Shown piece by piece: positions 57,959 through 64,000 of a stretch of DNA of 64,000 bases (positions within the stretch are counted from its first letter, which is position 1; the number at the start of each line of letters is the position of its first letter). The position numbers and the translations under genes are program-made. Origin of the DNA: an uncultured virus (IMG/VR IMGVR_UViG_3300018478_000073). Taxonomy: Duplodnaviria > Heunggongvirae > Uroviricota > Caudoviricetes. The stretch is taken from the IMG/VR virus record IMGVR_UViG_3300018478_000073; one strand, 5' to 3'. Below the pieces are notes generated by a model, which saw only the letters and a program-made list of their open reading frames with translations, did no database searches and had not been told where the DNA came from.

Positions 57959-58454
57959 TAAGTCATTTTGTAATCTGCTTGCATGTCAGAGTAATGTAGG
58001 GATAAAGAAGTTACCTTATCTGGCGTATTTGATGCAGATATCTGGTTTTGACCTAAGATATCATTATAGTATTAGACTAGACACTATAAAAAGCCACGGT
58101 TTAATAAGTTCTTTAGGAGATTTAGTATCGATGGGGTATGCGACACAGGGGTATGAACTAACGGAGGCAGGAGAGCAGGAGCTTAGTACTTATTGTATTA
58201 CGAATGAAGAGGATACTTTATGTGATAAGATTATGTTTTATGTTAGTGAGTTAAGTCATTCTCAGTTATATTTAATTTGTGTAACCGATATGATGTTGCA
58301 GGATTCTCTAAGAAGAGGTGGCTACAAATCACTCCAGAATGATAGAGAAAACATTGAGGATACAGTAAAGGGGTTATGTAGTGCCTATACACCAGATGAT
58401 TTTAATACAGCCGTAGGTATTTTAAGAGAGTTAAGAAAAGGAGGAGATTTATAA
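57942..58454 (+). CDS. YwgA-like winged-helix protein
   Basis: KKL.YL.Y..Q..G......Y...L...G.....Y.LT..G pattern; overlaps the HD gene as in ywfO-ywgA pairs. Confidence 0.55.
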   Translation: MRTRDDKSFCNLLACQSNVGIKKLPYLAYLMQISGFDLRYHYSIRLDTIKSHGLISSLGDLVSMGYATQGYELTEAGEQELSTYCITNEEDTLCDKIMFYVSELSHSQLYLICVTDMMLQDSLRRGGYKSLQNDRENIEDTVKGLCSAYTPDDFNTAVGILRELRKGGDL

Positions 58455-58817
58455 ATGCGAAAAAAGGTATTGATTTGCGTAGCTTCAGCAGTTCTGCTTG
58501 TGGGGGTATTTAGTGCAACATATGAAGTGAGGGTGCATCAGTTAAACGTTGAGGATAAGAAGCAGTCTATGAATACTGAGTATGTTGAGGAAATCGATAA
58601 ATTAAAAATAGAGGAAATCAATGTAGTAAAAGACGATAAGGAGTATACAGACATTAAGGACTTAAATGGTGTTGAGGCAGGTACTACTGTTGATTGTCAC
58701 ATTAAGTTAGCTAGTGGTGAGGAAAAGGACGTAGAGGGGTATATTTCTTATGGAGACCATACAGATGCTGTTTACAATGGTGCTGTTGTAAAGATTACAC
58801 TAGAAAGGAACAAGTAA
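58455..58817 (+). CDS. Secreted or membrane-anchored small protein
   Basis: MRKK + hydrophobic N-terminus. Confidence 0.7.
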   Translation: MRKKVLICVASAVLLVGVFSATYEVRVHQLNVEDKKQSMNTEYVEEIDKLKIEEINVVKDDKEYTDIKDLNGVEAGTTVDCHIKLASGEEKDVEGYISYGDHTDAVYNGAVVKITLERNK

Positions 58818-58830
58818 GGGGGTAGTTAGT

Positions 58831-59043
58831 ATGCCAGAGGTTGGTGATATTATTCGATGCATTAGTGGCAGAAAAATTGGTGAAAGACTATTTATTGAGG
58901 ACATAGTAATTAAGGAAAGTAAGAAGTACTATCAATGCAGTATTATATGCACTGGTTTATTCGATACCGTTTCGCCAGTATCTAATAAAGTTGAAGTATC
59001 TGATGCTGATTTTAGAGAATTTTGTATAGTAGAGGAGAGGTAG
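58831..59043 (+). CDS. Hypothetical protein
   Basis: GGGGGT RBS. Confidence 0.6.
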   Translation: MPEVGDIIRCISGRKIGERLFIEDIVIKESKKYYQCSIICTGLFDTVSPVSNKVEVSDADFREFCIVEER

Positions 59044-59045
59044 CA

Positions 59046-59957
59046 ATGTTAGTACAGGAATTTGTCGAAAGACAGTTAGACGGGTTTCCAGAACCGTTTT
59101 ATGACAGTTTGCCAACGGTTTGTTTAGAGGATGGGTGTGGTTATCCTACGGAGATGTTAGAGTCATTAACTCAGTTAAGATGTAGCAACCCAAGATGTCC
59201 ATCAAAGGTAGTCCAGAGAATGTCTGCAATGGTAAACAGACTTGGGGTAAAAGACTTTGGTGAGGAGAGAATAAGAGCATTTGTTAGTGAATGGGGTATT
59301 GCGAACCCACTGATATTATTTGCCTACGAGCCATCTGATGGTCAGTTAGCCAGTAATATTTCAATGGACTTAAGTACAAAAATTTACAATCAGATTAAGG
59401 ATAAAAAGGACTTTACGTTATCAGAGTATGTAAGAATTGCAAATCTCCCTTACATTCAAACAAGTGCAGGGTATATATTTGACAAGTTCGATGATATCAG
59501 GGAGGCATACAGGGCAATAGAAGAAGGGGGTATTGATTACATACAAAAATGCTTAGGGGTAAAGAAAGTAAGTGAGCCATCTTTAATGTCTATCAAGGTA
59601 TATACATCTTTAATGACATATAAGCATGACTTAATCGATTTAGTAGACCAAGTACACATTATAGAAAGAAACAAGGGAGACATGTTAAACTACAAGGTAT
59701 GTGTATCTGGTGATGTGGATTGTGGTTTCAAGACTAAGGCAGAGTTTTATAGAGAAGTTAACTCATTAAGTGATAAGCTACATGTAGACTTCTTAGGTTC
59801 AGCCACGAAAGAGATTAAGTATCTTGTCTGGGCAGGTAACAGGATTACTAATAAGGTAGTATCTGTACAAAAACGTATTGCAAATGGTGAAGATATTAAG
59901 ATATTAAATGCAAATGAGTTTATTGCAGAAATGAAAGAGAAGTTGGAGGTAGTATAG
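59046..59957 (+). CDS. ligA: NAD-dependent DNA ligase, C-terminal half (C4 Zn finger, HhH, BRCT)
   Basis: PTVC...GCG...LRCSNPRCPS; LGVKDFGE (HhH); KVCVSG...SATKEIKYLV...K...IKILN..EF (BRCT). Confidence 0.8.
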   Translation: MLVQEFVERQLDGFPEPFYDSLPTVCLEDGCGYPTEMLESLTQLRCSNPRCPSKVVQRMSAMVNRLGVKDFGEERIRAFVSEWGIANPLILFAYEPSDGQLASNISMDLSTKIYNQIKDKKDFTLSEYVRIANLPYIQTSAGYIFDKFDDIREAYRAIEEGGIDYIQKCLGVKKVSEPSLMSIKVYTSLMTYKHDLIDLVDQVHIIERNKGDMLNYKVCVSGDVDCGFKTKAEFYREVNSLSDKLHVDFLGSATKEIKYLVWAGNRITNKVVSVQKRIANGEDIKILNANEFIAEMKEKLEVV

Positions 59958-59960
59958 GTT

Positions 59961-60461
59961 ATGCAGGTATCAATGAAGGCAATAAGAAGATTAGGGTTTA
60001 TAAAGATTATGAACGACTCATTTTGTATGGATTACATCCAACAGTTAAATACTGAAAATCTTAATATTGACTGTAAACCATGGAGCTTTTTAACACATTA
60101 CTTCGAATGTGGTAGCCTGTACAAAGGTATGGGTGATATAGTTACACATGAGAAGTTAGTAACTAATGATACAAAGTCAAAAAGGGTATTTAAGAACTTG
60201 TGGTTAAACATCTGGAAAGACTTCGGAGATGCCCTTTCACTGGATGCGTCAATGGTAACCTTATTAAGTGAGTTTGGTATAAGATTAGCATTTATCGAGC
60301 CAGATGATAAGGTTATAAGTAGTGTAACACATTTTTATGATACAGTAATTAGGTGGTATTTATATACATCTGATTCATTTAGAGGTGACTCTATTGAGGA
60401 TGTATTAAACGTATTGATAAACGGAAGTATAGAGGAGTTGGTACACTATGATATGGATTGA
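59961..60461 (+). CDS. Hypothetical protein
   Basis: ORF in operon context. Confidence 0.7.
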   Translation: MQVSMKAIRRLGFIKIMNDSFCMDYIQQLNTENLNIDCKPWSFLTHYFECGSLYKGMGDIVTHEKLVTNDTKSKRVFKNLWLNIWKDFGDALSLDASMVTLLSEFGIRLAFIEPDDKVISSVTHFYDTVIRWYLYTSDSFRGDSIEDVLNVLINGSIEELVHYDMD

Positions 60462-60714
60462 TTCTATTCTATTAGTAGTGGGGGTATTAAGCATTATATT
60501 TCCATATAATATAGGATTATCTAGTAATAATATCTATATCTTTTATGTAAGTTCTATATCTAGGAACTTTGTTTTTGTTTGGTGCATAATGTTTATTTTT
60601 CTTGTCATAATACATCTTATTCAGATACGTAAGAAGCAGGAACTTCTAGATAAGCGTACAGATATACTATTGATAGTAGTATTTATTATAACAATATTAC
60701 TATCTATACTTTAA
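60448..60714 (+). CDS. Small membrane protein (about 3 TM)
   Basis: GAGGAG RBS; hydrophobic. Confidence 0.65.
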   Translation: MIWIDSILLVVGVLSIIFPYNIGLSSNNIYIFYVSSISRNFVFVWCIMFIFLVIIHLIQIRKKQELLDKRTDILLIVVFIITILLSIL

Positions 60715-60733
60715 TAAATTTTAGGAGGGTACT

Positions 60734-62602
60734 ATGAAGGTAGCAAAGCAGGCGGTTGCGTATTACTGTTTAAGAACAGGTAAGGACTGGTCAGAGTTTT
60801 TTAACAAACTGGATAAGGCTATTGCAACACCTATGGTTGTAGCTGAGACAGCAGAGGATGATGAAATCTGGCTGATTAAAAAATTAGTTGAAGTTATTGA
60901 GAAGCGTATGACTATAACCGAATTAAAGGCTAATAAGGATGAGGTAAAGAGTGAGTTCGACTTAGATGGAAGAAAGCAGGCAGGTGAGTTCTTCACGCCG
61001 TTAGTATGGTGCAAAGAAGCAAGGGGGTATTTCAATAAATACATTCCTAACTGGAAAGACTACACGGTATGGGATATGGCTTGCGGTACTGGTAATCTAA
61101 TGTTAGAACAGGCAAAAGAGGTAGATAAATTATTTTTATCAACATTGCAGGATACTGATGTACAGTCAGTAGGTGCTATGGACGAGTATAAGAATGCAAC
61201 AGTATTTCAGTTAGATTTTCTTGACGGTTTAGACTATGATATAATGAATACAGATTTTCTTGACAAACTTCCGTATGATTTAAAGGATGCAATAATAAAC
61301 GATAAACCTCTGATTTTGTATTCAAACCCACCGTATAAGAGTGGTGTAGCAAAGGTAACAGAGGTTGGAAGATACATGTGCAGTATTGGCTTAAACAAGT
61401 CAGCCTATGATTTATTCTATCAGTTTTGTTGGAGAATGATGCATTTTGTTGAGTTATTCAACCTAAGAAATACATATTGTTGCTTTTTCGGACCTCTGAC
61501 ATTTTTCTCTGGAAGTAATGCACAGGTATTATTCAAAGAGTTTCAGAAGTGTTTCAGTTTTGTTGATGGTATGTGTATTTCAGCTCAGGACTTCTCAGGT
61601 ACATCACAAAGTATTGAATGGGGTATTGGATGTAGTCTGTGGAAAGCAAGAGGTGGATATGTTAACGATGCTAAGCCAGACCAGGTATTATTGACAAAGA
61701 AGATGTTAGCACCAGACGGAAGTGTGGTAACAGGTGAAAAGACACTATATGCAGCACCAAGGCAGAGAATGGATGAGTGGTTGCAACCAAAGGATGTATT
61801 TTCTTACATTGAGGCACCTCTGGCAACGTCAGCACTAACATTCAGAGGAAGTGAAGAGGGGGTATTAGTAGCACCGCAAACTGGAAAGATTGCGGTAGGA
61901 GCATTAGGAACTTTAATGTTAGATAGTACATTGGCTAGAGGTAATTCATACTCTGCAATATTATCAGTACCAACATCAATAAACTTCGTAAACATTACAA
62001 AGGAGAATTTCTGGAGATGTGTAGCAAGCTTTGCATATCGTAATATAGTAAATGCAGGTTGGGCAGACACAAGAAAGTGGCTATCAGCACCAGACGAAAC
62101 TGTTGATGGATATGATACATGGGTTAAGAATTGCTTGCCTATCTTTTTATTCGAGTTAAAGAGTATGCAGTCTGGAATAAGAGGTGTTAAATGGCAAGGA
62201 GAAACTATTGATGTGACAAATAAGTTATTCCCAGTATCGGAGGCTGAAGTAAGAGAGTACTGCCACGATGAAGATATTCTTAAAGACCTTGATAAGTATG
62301 GATTGCATAATGATTTTATACTTGAATGTATCGAGGAGTCAAAGAGCGTATGGTTGCCAGAGGTAGCGGACTTATTCAACTGGTGCAAACAGTATATTTT
62401 AAATTCTTACGATAAGAGAAAGGATTTGGGTTATGCAGGGCGTACAAAATCATGTGACGCAGGTCTTGCACAGTTAAGGTCTGGTATTTTTACAACAGAG
62501 GATAATCAAGAGTTATTCAAGAAGTTGGGGGTAGCTAGAAATGCCTTAAATAAGGATTTAGGTAGGTTTGGATTCTTAAGTGAGGTAGACAGCAATAATT
62601 AG
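60734..62602 (+). CDS. N6-adenine DNA methyltransferase (gamma-type order), no adjacent restriction nuclease
   Basis: GEFFTP (motif X), WDMACGTGNL (I), NPPY (IV), long C-terminal TRD-like region. Confidence 0.85.
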   Translation: MKVAKQAVAYYCLRTGKDWSEFFNKLDKAIATPMVVAETAEDDEIWLIKKLVEVIEKRMTITELKANKDEVKSEFDLDGRKQAGEFFTPLVWCKEARGYFNKYIPNWKDYTVWDMACGTGNLMLEQAKEVDKLFLSTLQDTDVQSVGAMDEYKNATVFQLDFLDGLDYDIMNTDFLDKLPYDLKDAIINDKPLILYSNPPYKSGVAKVTEVGRYMCSIGLNKSAYDLFYQFCWRMMHFVELFNLRNTYCCFFGPLTFFSGSNAQVLFKEFQKCFSFVDGMCISAQDFSGTSQSIEWGIGCSLWKARGGYVNDAKPDQVLLTKKMLAPDGSVVTGEKTLYAAPRQRMDEWLQPKDVFSYIEAPLATSALTFRGSEEGVLVAPQTGKIAVGALGTLMLDSTLARGNSYSAILSVPTSINFVNITKENFWRCVASFAYRNIVNAGWADTRKWLSAPDETVDGYDTWVKNCLPIFLFELKSMQSGIRGVKWQGETIDVTNKLFPVSEAEVREYCHDEDILKDLDKYGLHNDFILECIEESKSVWLPEVADLFNWCKQYILNSYDKRKDLGYAGRTKSCDAGLAQLRSGIFTTEDNQELFKKLGVARNALNKDLGRFGFLSEVDSNN

Positions 62603-62644
62603 ATAATTTTACAAACATACGATAAGAGTACTACATTATATAAT

Positions 62645-62720
62645 ATATAAAATACAGAATATCTTGCTAAACATACTGATAAAGTATTGCTTTAGCATGA
62701 TACTTCTGTTTTATTTATAT
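62645..62720. other. Long imperfect inverted repeat
   Basis: ACAGAA-TATC-TGCTAAA-ATACT / AGTAT-TTTAGCA-GATA-TTCTGT. Confidence 0.65.
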
Positions 62721-62869
62721 AATAGAAAATAAAAAATTTAATGTATTTTCATAAAGTGTATTTCCTATCGATAGTTTGTTAGTTGTTGTGGTTTTATTTA
62801 CGTGGGTAGTAACAATTTCACATGTAACTATATGACATACACTGTTTAAGAGAAAGGAGAAAAAGTCAT

Positions 62870-63496
62870 ATGTTTAAAAAAGTGTACATGAATAGCATGT
62901 TTAAGTGCCTAAGAAAAATTACAAAGAATACCAAGAGGTATGGTATTACGGAGGGTACGATTCTGAATATGCTGTTAGCACAGCATCACCTAGAGGGGGT
63001 AGAGGATAAGACGGAAAGTCAGAAGAAAGACTTAAGTTTATTCAGTAAGTTTGTTGAGGAAAATATTGATAAGGTAACTGATTACAAGAAAAAATTTAAT
63101 CTTATTGATAGAGTGCAGTTAGTATTAAAAAGAGCAGTTCCGATTGCGTGTATTCACTTTTTAAGATTAACATTGATTGGTCAGGGTATCATATTACCAT
63201 TCTATGTCAATGCTTTGTTGTTAGGTATTCTTGCATACCTGTACATAACTGCCTTACTGGGGGTACTATTTACATTAGTACCAGATGTAGTGGACTTGCC
63301 TTTGCAGTTACCATGTATGGACAAGGGGGTAAAAATCAAGTCTATGAATATGTTAGGTTTGTGCAATAAGGATTACTACATTGAAAAGGCAGAGTCATTA
63401 GGTGATGATGATTTGTTGTCAGCATTAAGAGATAGTGGTAAGACAGACTTAGTAAGATACCTTGCATACATTAAATTAAGCGAGATGGAGGATTAA
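62870..63496 (+). CDS. Membrane protein
   Basis: AAGGAG RBS; two hydrophobic segments. Confidence 0.7.
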   Translation: MFKKVYMNSMFKCLRKITKNTKRYGITEGTILNMLLAQHHLEGVEDKTESQKKDLSLFSKFVEENIDKVTDYKKKFNLIDRVQLVLKRAVPIACIHFLRLTLIGQGIILPFYVNALLLGILAYLYITALLGVLFTLVPDVVDLPLQLPCMDKGVKIKSMNMLGLCNKDYYIEKAESLGDDDLLSALRDSGKTDLVRYLAYIKLSEMED

Positions 63497-63499
63497 GTT

Positions 63500-63994
63500 G
63501 TGTATCTTACGTTCAATGAGAATGACCTTATTTCATTAGTGAGGTATGGTGAGTGCAAGTCATTTGTGAGTACTGGGTACTTGAAGTTATGTTGTTATCT
63601 TGTAAGAGATGAAAGTCTTATAAGTGAGGAGAATAAGAACTATGTAAATTCTGTATTAAACAGTAAGTCATTAAAGGTTGTAAAAGATGAGGCGTACTTC
63701 GCAAGTGTACGGGATATGGTTAAAAGATATATCTTTTTTAGTATTTTGTTTTTAGTTTTGGTGTTATCTTTACTTAAGGTAACTACGTGTGGTGTTTTAT
63801 GGTTACAGGCGTTAGGTTATATTTGCTTGGCAATGTCTGCATTTGTATCATTTAGGTACGTATATAATCTGCTAGTTATGCACAGTGTTCCAGTAGTATT
63901 AGGGGGTAGGTTTGCTACAGCTCTATGTAAGAAAATATTATTTAGGGATACATTGCTCACTATCTTAGAATTGACAATGATAAGGGAAAATTAG
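63500..63994 (+). CDS. Membrane protein
   Basis: GGAGG RBS, GTG start; two hydrophobic segments. Confidence 0.7.
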   Translation: MYLTFNENDLISLVRYGECKSFVSTGYLKLCCYLVRDESLISEENKNYVNSVLNSKSLKVVKDEAYFASVRDMVKRYIFFSILFLVLVLSLLKVTTCGVLWLQALGYICLAMSAFVSFRYVYNLLVMHSVPVVLGGRFATALCKKILFRDTLLTILELTMIREN

Positions 63995-64000
63995 TATGCT

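Larger units (their letters stand above)
569..63908 (+). repeat. Dispersed, strand-polarised heptamer GGGGGTA (~124 copies)
   Basis: Manual scan, e.g. 569, 1275, 1992, 2725, 2992, 4066, 4313 ... 63902; reverse complement TACCCCC seen only at 18248. Confidence 0.95.

Noticed and set aside
1522..62388. All minus-strand ORFs in the ORF track
   Set aside because: Nearly all are antisense shadows of longer + genes, and the rest (e.g. 44867..45061) lie in AT-rich promoter DNA; none has a convincing RBS or recognisable motif
6634..63369. Nested + strand alternative-frame ORFs (6634..6828, 30659..30901, 63148..63369)
   Set aside because: Fully inside well-supported genes, with no independent evidence
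569..63908. G-quadruplex explanation for the G5 motif
   Set aside because: G runs are isolated and hundreds of bases apart, and the fixed TA suffix is not needed for G4 formation
1..64000. Stop-codon reassignment as in some gut jumbo phages
   Set aside because: Conserved enzymes are full length under code 11 and TAA, TAG and TGA all end genes at sensible positions

Overview
Low-GC, G-skewed, gene-dense window in which essentially every real gene is on the + strand. It looks like part of a very large extrachromosomal element (jumbo phage or giant plasmid-like replicon) of a Clostridia/Lachnospiraceae-type Firmicute. No capsid, terminase, integrase or ribosomal-protein genes are recognisable in the window. 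It encodes its own replication and repair set: type IIA topoisomerase A and B subunits, DnaB helicase, degenerate DnaC-like protein, stand-alone primase Zn finger, DEDDh exonuclease, RuvC-like resolvase, SNF2 helicase, RNase HI, a ParB-HNH fusion, and an NAD-ligase split into two genes about 37 kb apart. It also has a cell-surface set (two lipoproteins, LPXTG protein, 1455-aa secreted protein, sortase, signal peptidase I, PilT, FtsH), a MoxR-AAA/VWA pair, two NADARs, an HD hydrolase/YwgA pair, an orphan N6-adenine MTase, a tRNA(CAT) and a patch of decayed temperate-phage genes. The main unexplained signals are: (1) the heptamer GGGGGTA, about 124 times on + versus once on - (manual count), in all three reading frames; (2) a ~550-650 nt promoter-driven, extensively base-paired ncRNA (ROOL-like) upstream of the tRNA; (3) the split LigA; (4) a tandem array of divergent 'DTDD'-motif paralogs. 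Functional calls come from motif recognition by eye, and no database searches were run. Some start codons were moved from the ORF track to match ribosome-binding sites.
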